Positions 38,140 to 45,413 of a DNA stretch of 45,413 bases are shown here, piece by piece. Below the pieces are notes generated by a model. The model saw only the letters and a program-made list of their open reading frames with translations. It searched no databases and was not told where the DNA came from. Every line of letters starts with the position of its first letter. The first letter of the stretch is position 1. A program made the position numbers and the translations under genes. Origin of the DNA: Candidatus Methylomirabilota bacterium (GTDB lineage: Bacteria; Methylomirabilota; Methylomirabilia; Rokubacteriales; CSP1-6); NCBI GenBank assembly GCA_046726415.1, contig JBKPAK010000142.1:1-45413 (forward strand). Direction: 5' to 3'.

Positions 38140-38295
38140 GCGCGCGCCCCGAGAGGAGCGGCGCCCGACGGTCGTTGTCGTTTCGCCGACGCTGCGGTAT
38201 CCTCGTCCGATCGACAACGCCGTCGGGTCGGTCCGGCCTCGCGCGGCCAATCTGAACGCGTCGTTCATGCGCTCGACATCGCGCCTTCCCTCACC

Positions 38296-38347
38296 GACGA
38301 GTGAAGCGCAGCGCTCCGGACGGAAACGGACGAGTGAGGCGCAGCGC
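38296..38347 (+). repeat. 19-bp direct repeat upstream of the SDR RBS
   Basis: GACGAGTGAAGCGCAGCGC and GACGAGTGAGGCGCAGCGC, starts 33 bp apart. Confidence 0.65.
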
Positions 38348-38367
38348 GAGCAAGGAGGAATCTGCAC

Positions 38368-39126
38368 ATGGCCTCACATGACAAGGTCGCCATCGTCACC
38401 GGCGCGGGCTCGGGCGTGGGTAAGGCCGCCGCCCTCGCCCTCCTGCGCGAGGGCTATGCCGTCGTCTTCTCCGGGCGCCGCAAGGAGATGCTGGAGACGG
38501 CCGCCACCGAAGCCCGGGCCTCGGAGGGGCGCACGCTGATCGTGCCGACCGACGTCGGCGACCCGGCCTCGGTGCGGAATCTCTTCGCCAGGGCGAAGGA
38601 GACCTTTGGACGGCTCGACTTGCTGTTCAACAACGCGGGCATCGGCGCCCCCGGCGTGCCGCTGGAGGACTTGACCTACGAGCAGTGGAAGGCGGTGGTC
38701 GACACCAATCTCACGGGCAGCTTCCTCTGCACCCAGGAAGCCTTCAAGATCATGAAGAGCCAGCAACCCCGCGGCGGGCGCATCATCAACAACGGCTCCA
38801 TCTCCGCGCACGTCCCCCGGCCCAACTCCTCGCCGTACACATCCACCAAACACGCCATCACCGGCCTCACCAAGGCGACCTCGCTCGACGGCCGCAAGTA
38901 CGACATCGCTTGCGGCCAGATCGACATCGGCAACGCCGAGACCCCGATGACCGCCCGCATGAAGAAGGGCGTCCCGCAACCGAACGGATCGATCGAGATC
39001 GAGCCGACTATGGACGTCGACAACGTGGCGCGCGCGGTGGTGTACATGGCGAGCCTCCCCCTGGACGCCAACGTGCAGTTCATGACCGTCATGGCCACGA
39101 AGATGCCCTTCATCGGGCGCGGCTGA
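38368..39126 (+). CDS. Short-chain dehydrogenase/reductase
   Basis: [26 protein letters not shown]. Confidence 0.95.
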   Translation: MASHDKVAIVTGAGSGVGKAAALALLREGYAVVFSGRRKEMLETAATEARASEGRTLIVPTDVGDPASVRNLFARAKETFGRLDLLFNNAGIGAPGVPLEDLTYEQWKAVVDTNLTGSFLCTQEAFKIMKSQQPRGGRIINNGSISAHVPRPNSSPYTSTKHAITGLTKATSLDGRKYDIACGQIDIGNAETPMTARMKKGVPQPNGSIEIEPTMDVDNVARAVVYMASLPLDANVQFMTVMATKMPFIGRG

Positions 39127-39360
39127 CGCGGACTTCGACCCGCCCGTCGGCCCACCCAATCATGCGGGGTGGGCCGGGGGACGTGGAGTGGCCACGCTCC
39201 ATGCCAGCGCGGAGAACACGCGTGGTCGGCCGCGAGCCGAACGTGCAGAGCCAGGATGCTCTCAGCAACAGGACGAGGGCCTGGGGAGCATGCGATGCGA
39301 CGCGACGCGGTTGTGGAGACGCGATCGCTCGCTCGGGAGATCGCCCGACGGACTGAGTCG

Positions 39361-39762
39361 CTAGGTCAGCACCATCTGGGTCTGGGTCGTGAGAGACAGC
39401 AGGCGGCCGCTCTCATCAGTGACTCGCGTCTGCCACACCATCGTCCGTTTGCCTCGATGCAGCGGTGTGGCCTCCGCGCGCACCACGCCGGCCCGGCCGG
39501 CGGCGAGGAAGTTGGTCTTCGATTCCAGGGTGGTGGTGCTGGCTCCGGGCGGAAGGTTCAGCACGGTGGCCGCCGCCCCCACCGTGTCAGCGAGTGCCAT
39601 CAGCGCGCCTCCGTGGAGGGCGCCGCCCACGGTGGTCAGCGCGTCTCGGTACGCGAGTTCGGCGATGACTCGGTCACGGCTCAACTCGACGAACCGAATG
39701 TCCAGCAACTCGACCAAGGTCCCCTTGAAGCGCTCCGAGACGACTGCCGGATCGATGGTCAT
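39361..39762 (-). CDS. PaaI-family hotdog thioesterase
   Basis: LHGGALMALADT, TTTLESKTNFL, HRGKRT. Confidence 0.92.
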   Translation of the reverse strand: MTIDPAVVSERFKGTLVELLDIRFVELSRDRVIAELAYRDALTTVGGALHGGALMALADTVGAAATVLNLPPGASTTTLESKTNFLAAGRAGVVRAEATPLHRGKRTMVWQTRVTDESGRLLSLTTQTQMVLT

Positions 39763-39824
39763 CGAGATTCCTCCCGTATGGCGCGGGCGTGGCCAGGATG
39801 ATGCGAATCGGATCGCGCTTCAAT

Positions 39825-39917
39825 TACTTCCCAGATAGCGTCCGTGCGCCGCGGGTACTTCCCAGAGAGTCCCCGTGCTGCGCGGGTACTTCCCAGAGAG
39901 TGCCCGTGCTGGGCGGG
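39825..39917. repeat. 3 x 31-bp tandem repeat
   Basis: Units start at 39825, 39856 and 39887; consensus TACTTCCCAGAGAGTGCCCGTGCTGCGCGGG. Confidence 0.85.
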
Positions 39918-40030
39918 AGGATGTCCAGGCGCGCGAGGTGGAATGTGGCCAAGCCGCCTGGCAGGAGGTGCGCCGCGACGCGCTCCGACCACTTGCCGCA
40001 CGGCGACGACCCCCCTCCGTTTGTCGCCGG

Positions 40031-41260
40031 TCAGACAGGCTGCTGGGCGCGGCGATCGCTCACCAGGTGACCGCCCTTGAACACGAGGTCGAGTTGGCGA
40101 ACGCCGTCGATGTCGTCGAGCGGATTGTCGCGCACGACGATCAGATCGGCCAGCTTCCCGGCCTCGAGGGTCCCGAGGTCGTGCCCCACACCGCTCACTT
40201 CCGCCGCGTGCTTGGTGGCCGCTTGGAGCGTCTGCCACGGCGTGGCGCCACTCTTGACCCAGAGTCCTAGCTCCAACAATGCCCCCTCTCGGACCGGCCG
40301 CACATCCGAGCCGAGCGCCATCTTGACGCCAGACTGGAGCGCGCGACGAAACCACATCCGATGCTCTTCGACCGCATTCTCGGCTCGCGTGATGAGCTCG
40401 GCCGTCAACCCTCTCTGATCGACCCACTGCTTCTCCCACGGCGTGGTGGCCTGGCTCGGCGTCAAGTGAGTGATACCCAGCGTCGGGACGTACCAGACCT
40501 CGCGCTCGCGAAAGAGGGCGAGGCACTCGTCGTCCATGAGGTAGCCGTGCTCCACCGAGTGGGCGCCGAGACGGAGCGCGGTCTTGACGGCATCCGGGCT
40601 GGCCGCGTGCGCCATGACCTTGAGGCCCCGTTGATGGCAGATGGCGAACGCCGCCTCCACCTCGGCCCTCGTGAGGAACGAGTGCGAATGGCGGTCCCAC
40701 GACGGCCCCATGATGCCACCCGTCAGGCTGAGCTTGATGTGATCCACGCCGGCCTGTATGTGCTGGCGAATGGCTCGGACGAACTCCTCGGCGCCGTCGC
40801 ACGGCAGGGCGAATCCGGTACCCAAGGCGTGGCCAGCCGTCGTGGTGATGAACCAGCCAGCGGCGAGCAGCCGCGGGCCGACGTGTTGCCCGGAGTCGAA
40901 GGCGCGCTTGAGCGCCACGTCGATGAAGTGCGGCGTGCCCGCCATGCGCATGCCCGTGATGCCGGAGTCGGTGAGCGCGCGCTGAGCGTTGGCCAGGTAC
41001 TGCGCGGTGAGTTCGGGCACGCCAGCGTGCGGGATGCGCGGCCACTCGAGATGCACGTGCGCATCCCAGAGACCGGGGAGTACGTATCGCCCCTGGACAT
41101 CGATGACCCGCGCGCCCTGGGTACCTGGGGACCGGCCGCCGTCCAGCACCTCGACGATGCGATCCTGCTCGATCGTGAGGCTGGCCCCGGCCCTGACTCC
41201 AGGCGTGACCGCATCGATGAGGCACGCGTTGGTCAGAATCAGGCGGCTCGCGGAGGCCAC
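40031..41260 (-). CDS. Metal-dependent amidohydrolase (Xaa-Pro dipeptidase-like subgroup)
   Basis: PGLWDAHVH, IK, AHA, VEHG, GSD, GKLADL. Confidence 0.9.
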   Translation of the reverse strand: MASASRLILTNACLIDAVTPGVRAGASLTIEQDRIVEVLDGGRSPGTQGARVIDVQGRYVLPGLWDAHVHLEWPRIPHAGVPELTAQYLANAQRALTDSGITGMRMAGTPHFIDVALKRAFDSGQHVGPRLLAAGWFITTTAGHALGTGFALPCDGAEEFVRAIRQHIQAGVDHIKLSLTGGIMGPSWDRHSHSFLTRAEVEAAFAICHQRGLKVMAHAASPDAVKTALRLGAHSVEHGYLMDDECLALFREREVWYVPTLGITHLTPSQATTPWEKQWVDQRGLTAELITRAENAVEEHRMWFRRALQSGVKMALGSDVRPVREGALLELGLWVKSGATPWQTLQAATKHAAEVSGVGHDLGTLEAGKLADLIVVRDNPLDDIDGVRQLDLVFKGGHLVSDRRAQQPV

Positions 41261-41335
41261 CCGTTCTGCTTACCCAGGGATTCCGCTTGGGTCAAGCGAT
41301 GTGGTGTGCGGCCGGCCGTGTATGGTTCGGGCGCG

Positions 41336-41815
41336 TCACTGGGCCGGGAGCGCGATGACGCGAACGCGAACGGGGATGACACCGGGAGCGACGGCGCCCA
41401 GATCACGCGCCGCTGCATAGGAAAGGTCGAGAACACGGCCGTCGACGACGGGTCCCCGATCGTTGACACGTACTTCCACCGATCGGCCATTTCTGAGATT
41501 TGTGACGCGCAGGCGCGTTCCCAAGGGAAGGCTGGGATGCGCGGCGGTCAGCGCATTCATGTTGTAGGCTTCGCCGCTAGCCGTCTCGCGGCCGTGGTGG
41601 CGCTTTCCGTACCACGACGCGTAGCCAGTCTGGACGGACGGCACCTGGCCCGCCGGAGGGCGCTGCTCCGGCACAGGCGCCGTGACGGGGCCACGGGGAG
41701 TCGCACAGCCGGCCAGGACGGCTGTGAGGACCAACGCGGTCGCTGCACCGATTCTGCCGGCATATCCAAGGACGATCTGTGCACCTCGCGGAAGCGGCTC
41801 GAACATCACCGACAT
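41336..41815 (-). CDS. rlpA: RlpA-family lytic transglycosylase lipoprotein (DPBB domain)
   Basis: Lipobox LAGC; GYASWYG..HG.ETASGE, TAAH, VNDRGP, DLS.AAA. Confidence 0.9.
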   Translation of the reverse strand: MSVMFEPLPRGAQIVLGYAGRIGAATALVLTAVLAGCATPRGPVTAPVPEQRPPAGQVPSVQTGYASWYGKRHHGRETASGEAYNMNALTAAHPSLPLGTRLRVTNLRNGRSVEVRVNDRGPVVDGRVLDLSYAAARDLGAVAPGVIPVRVRVIALPAQ

Positions 41816-42102
41816 TGCGATACTCCGCGTGCATCTCACATGCCACGATATCTGACGCTTGACGGAGGCCCATAAACGGCGCTGTAAGATCTGGCCCGCG
41901 TACGTGCAACGGCAGATATTACCCGCGGGGCTTTCTCGTCCTGAAAGTTTGCAACCTCCGGCAACCCACGCAAGGTCGCAGAGTTGCGCTCAGGGCCTGT
42001 TGGGTGGCATTTGGGTGGCATGGCGAATGCGAATCCACTCGATGCGCAATTTCGCGGCGCCGAACGACCCGGTCACCAGTTCTCCAAGAAAGGAGCCGTG
42101 CC

Positions 42103-42312
42103 ATGGAACGTCGGTGTTCGTGCGGGGGGCGTATCGAGCGGCCGACCGACGCGTTGGGGTGCATCGAGTGTGGGTGGGCGTGCTGCCCGGCCTGTGCGGT
42201 GCCGCTCGAATCGGTGGCGTATTGCGCGAGTTGCGCGGGATGGCTTCTCGGCCTCTCTGCGCCTCCGCTGGCCCACCGACGGCGAGTGGACGAAGTTGCC
42301 ACCGTGTTCTGA
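42103..42312 (+). CDS. Small Cys-rich putative zinc-finger protein (69 aa)
   Basis: AAGGAG SD; CSC, CIEC, CCPAC, CASC. Confidence 0.65.
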   Translation: MERRCSCGGRIERPTDALGCIECGWACCPACAVPLESVAYCASCAGWLLGLSAPPLAHRRRVDEVATVF

Positions 42313-42534
42313 AGCGCACACAGCGCCGCGGCGACAGGGTCACGTCGATTCATGGTGGAGGACCTCCGATGAGTGACGTCTTCGCTGTACCTTGGGGCGT
42401 CGCGCCCATAGCCAATGAACCGTCAGCGCCCGCAGGAGGGGCGCTGGGCACTGGGGTGTCCAACAACCGAGCGTCAGGCCCGCCGGTTCTCGCGAACGCG
42501 CTCGTGTTCGAATAGTTCCCAGCTCGGCACGACC

Positions 42535-42963
42535 ATGAAAGTGTTCAACACCTCGCTGGCCCTGGTCAGTCGTGAACGCACCGAGGTCTCGGACGTCACT
42601 GAGCTGGTGCGGGCCGCGGTCCGGCGGGTTCCCGTCGGGGCGGGAATCGCCCTGGTCACGACGCTTCACACCACCTGCGCCCTCTTCGTCAATGAGTTCC
42701 AGAGCGCGCTCATCGACGACTTCAAGGCACTCTTCGAGCGGCTGGTCCCCGAGCGCAACGGCTACCGACACGACGATTGCCGGATCTCGGACTGCGAGCG
42801 CGGCAACGCCCATGCGCACCTGCGCGCCGCGTTCCTTGGCCAGAGCGTCACCCTGGCGGTGAATGACGGCGAGTTGACGCTCGGTCGCTACCAGTCGGTC
42901 ATCTTCGCCGAGCTGGACGGACCCCGGAAGCGGGAGATCAGCATCCAGATCATCGGCGAATAG
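42535..42963 (+). CDS. yjbQ: YjbQ/UPF0047 family protein
   Basis: HTTCAL.VNE, YRHD, NAHAHL, LG.YQ.V.F.ELDGPR.R. Confidence 0.92.
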   Translation: MKVFNTSLALVSRERTEVSDVTELVRAAVRRVPVGAGIALVTTLHTTCALFVNEFQSALIDDFKALFERLVPERNGYRHDDCRISDCERGNAHAHLRAAFLGQSVTLAVNDGELTLGRYQSVIFAELDGPRKREISIQIIGE

Positions 42964-43068
42964 CGCCGGGCGAGCTGACGGGGGACCCGGGCCATCCGCG
43001 TCCCCTTCGGTCAGCCGACCTCCGTGGGCCCGCGTTGGCCGACAGTACCGACCATCCGGGCGTGGATA

Positions 43069-44682
43069 ATGGCGGTCATGGGCGCGGGAACATACGAGGC
43101 CATCGTCGTCGGCGCGGGCCACAATGGTCTGGTGACCGCGTGCTATCTCGCCCGGGCGGGCCTACGCGTCCTCGTCCTCGAGCGCCGCCATCTGGTGGGC
43201 GGAGCCTGCGTGACGGAGGAGACCTTCCCGGGTTTCAAGGTGTCGACCGCCGCCTATGTCAGCAGCCTGTTCCACAAGGAGATCGTCCGCGACCTGCGCC
43301 TCCCCGCCTATGGTTTCGAGGTGCTCCCGCGGCAACCTTCGTCGTTCACCCCCTATCCCGACGGGCGCTCTCTGCTCCTGGGTTCCGATCCTGCCCTCAA
43401 CCACGCGGAGATCTCGAAGTTCAGCGCGCGCGACGCCGAGCGCTATCCCCAGTACGAAGCCATGCTCGAGCGGGTGGCGGCCTTCGTCGAGCCCACGCTG
43501 ACCAGGACACCCCCTGATGTGCTGCGCCCTGGTCTCCGCGGCCTGCTGCACTTCCTGGCCCTCGGCCGATCATTTGGGCGCCTCGGCGCGGCGGCCTCGG
43601 AAGCCGTCGAAGTGCTCACCGGGCCGGCCCGTCGTGTCCTCGACCACTGGTTTGAGTCAGTCGAACTGAAGTCGACGCTCGCCACCGACGCCGTCATCGG
43701 CGCCATGGCCAGTCCATCCACTCCAGGCACCGCCTATGTGCTGTTTCACCATGTGATGGGCGAGACCGATGGCAAGCGCGGCGCGTGGGGTTATGTGCGG
43801 GGTGGCATGGGAGGTCTCACCCAGGCGCTGGCCCAGGCCGCGCAGGCCCTCGGCGTGGAGATCCGCTGCCAGGCCGAGGTCGCTCGCATCGCGGTACAGG
43901 ATGGTCGCGTCTCCGGCGTCGCCCTCGCGGGCGGCGAGGAATATCGCGCACCGATCGTGGCCAGCAACGCCGATGCCCGCGTGACCTTCACGCACTTGAT
44001 CGACCGGCGAGCGCTTCCCCCCGACTTCGCGGCGGCGGTGGACCGGATCAGCTACGAGAGCGCGTCGCTCAAGATCAACGTGGCCCTGGGCGAGCTGCCG
44101 AACTTCCGAGCCTGTCCCGGCCTCATGGCCGGTGCTCAGCATCGAGGGACGATTCACATCTGCCCCGACCTCGACTACATCGAGCGCGCCTACGACGACG
44201 CCAAGTACGGCTGGCCCTCCGGGCGCCCCGTGCTGGAATGCACAATCCCCTCGGTGGTCGATTCGACCGTTGCTCCACGGGGCCAACATCTCATGTCGAT
44301 CTTCGTGCAGTACGCGCCCTATGCGCTGCGCGAATCGAACTGGGACGAGCTTGGTGAGCGCTTCGCCGACCGGTGCTTCGCCATCCTGGATGAATATGCG
44401 CCGAACTTTCGGAGGGCCGTGCTGGCGCGTCAGATCCTGACACCGCTCGACCTCGAGCGGACATTCAACCTGACCGGTGGCAACATCTTCCAGGGGGCGA
44501 TGATCCCGAGTCAGCTCTTCTCCCTGCGGCCCGTTCCCGGTTGGGCTGGCTACCGCACACCGGTCAAGGGCCTCTACCTCTGCGGCGCGGCCGCACATCC
44601 CGGCGGTGGCGTGATGGGCACGCCCGGTCTGAACGCCGCACGCGAGATTCTCCGCGCGCGGCGTCTGCGGTTCATCACCTGA
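43069..44682 (+). CDS. Phytoene-dehydrogenase-like FAD-dependent oxidoreductase
   Basis: GAGHNGL, GGMG, TPLDLE, LYLCG..HPGGGV; start 43069 or 43078. Confidence 0.9.
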   Translation: MAVMGAGTYEAIVVGAGHNGLVTACYLARAGLRVLVLERRHLVGGACVTEETFPGFKVSTAAYVSSLFHKEIVRDLRLPAYGFEVLPRQPSSFTPYPDGRSLLLGSDPALNHAEISKFSARDAERYPQYEAMLERVAAFVEPTLTRTPPDVLRPGLRGLLHFLALGRSFGRLGAAASEAVEVLTGPARRVLDHWFESVELKSTLATDAVIGAMASPSTPGTAYVLFHHVMGETDGKRGAWGYVRGGMGGLTQALAQAAQALGVEIRCQAEVARIAVQDGRVSGVALAGGEEYRAPIVASNADARVTFTHLIDRRALPPDFAAAVDRISYESASLKINVALGELPNFRACPGLMAGAQHRGTIHICPDLDYIERAYDDAKYGWPSGRPVLECTIPSVVDSTVAPRGQHLMSIFVQYAPYALRESNWDELGERFADRCFAILDEYAPNFRRAVLARQILTPLDLERTFNLTGGNIFQGAMIPSQLFSLRPVPGWAGYRTPVKGLYLCGAAAHPGGGVMGTPGLNAAREILRARRLRFIT

Positions 44683-44759
44683 GGTGGGACCTCGACAGGT
44701 CGCCCAGCCCTCGGCGCTCTTCACGCCACAACTCCGCCGGGGCGGGTCGGGTGTGGTCG

Positions 44760-45302
44760 TCAGCCGGACCGGCGAAGCCGAGGCTTGGCAGGTGGGTGGG
44801 CGCGGCGATGCGCTCGCCACCACGCCCTGAGTTCGCTCACATGATCTCGCTCATGAGTCCAGCCTGGCGCAGGGAGCCACTGGACAAGGGTGTATTCGTG
44901 AGAGGGATCGCGGAGGGACTCGATTGGCAGACGCTCCAGCATGGCGACGAGAGTCGCGCGGACGTGCGTCATCCGCCGAAGGATGGACCGAAGCCCGAGG
45001 CGGCGCGCTCGGGCGACGGACCTCGCGTTGAAGCGATCCGCGTCGGCCATGTCGCGGAACCAACGAATGCGGTCGCCGTGGCCGCGGGCGATGAGCCGGA
45101 GTCGGCGCACGGTCTCCTCGTCACAGGTCAGCAGATGGCCCAGGACGTCCTTGACCGACCAGCGGTCCTGCGTGTGGGGCCGCAGGATCTCGCGAGCGGG
45201 CAGCCGCGCGACGAACGCCAGCGTGGATTCGCGGGACGCCACGATGCGCCGCACTGCCCCGCGCCGCCACCTCGTGAGCGACGCGGACCGCCGCGTAGTC
45301 AT
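44760..45302 (-). CDS. DinB-family protein
   Basis: WSVKDVLGHL and HERDH His-triad motifs. Confidence 0.82.
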   Translation of the reverse strand: MTTRRSASLTRWRRGAVRRIVASRESTLAFVARLPAREILRPHTQDRWSVKDVLGHLLTCDEETVRRLRLIARGHGDRIRWFRDMADADRFNARSVARARRLGLRSILRRMTHVRATLVAMLERLPIESLRDPSHEYTLVQWLPAPGWTHERDHVSELRAWWRAHRRAHPPAKPRLRRSG

Positions 45303-45413
45303 GACGGCTCGACGTTAGACGAGAACCCGGCGGTCGGTCAACCCCCCGGCGACAACCCACTGCCCTCCTCGGACACGTGAAAGCGTGGATGGATGAGCAC
45401 CATCATCCCGATG

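Noticed and set aside
39825-39917. Mini CRISPR array
   Set aside because: Whole units repeat with no unique spacers; no cas genes in the window.
43069-44682. Carotenoid biosynthesis cluster (crtI)
   Set aside because: No phytoene synthase or other crt genes nearby; this oxidoreductase family is broad.
1-45413. Prophage, IS, integron, tRNA or rRNA
   Set aside because: No integrase, transposase or phage genes and no recognisable structural RNA seen by eye.

Overview
High-GC bacterial chromosomal segment. Gene style, multiple peptide/nickel-type ABC systems and the intergenic palindrome family suggest Candidatus Rokubacteria (Methylomirabilota); this is inference only. About 40 genes: two Dpp/Opp-type ABC clusters, an NMT1/TauT-type ABC transporter with a cytosine-deaminase-family enzyme, many catabolic oxidoreductases and hydrolases, an ECF sigma/anti-sigma pair, MscS, RlpA and YjbQ. 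No rRNA, tRNA, CRISPR array or transposase was seen. Main points: (1) A hidden selenoprotein: two ORF-track ORFs (8645-8938 and 7289-8611) are one frame with an in-frame TGA in a UxxC motif (GH-U-STC), followed by a SECIS-like hairpin. (2) A minus-strand cluster at 28335-33759 encodes a 22-aa-repeat amphipathic protein, a P2A-type ATPase with an HMA-like N-terminus, a MetK paralog lacking several methionine-binding residues, and a small protein, behind a promoter overlapped by a perfect palindrome. (3) Four gene remnants (CocE/NonD, an ABC binding protein, DUF3303, AraC), three of which keep both termini. (4) A 3 x 31-bp tandem repeat and a REP-like repeat family. All family assignments come from motif recognition by eye, not database searches.
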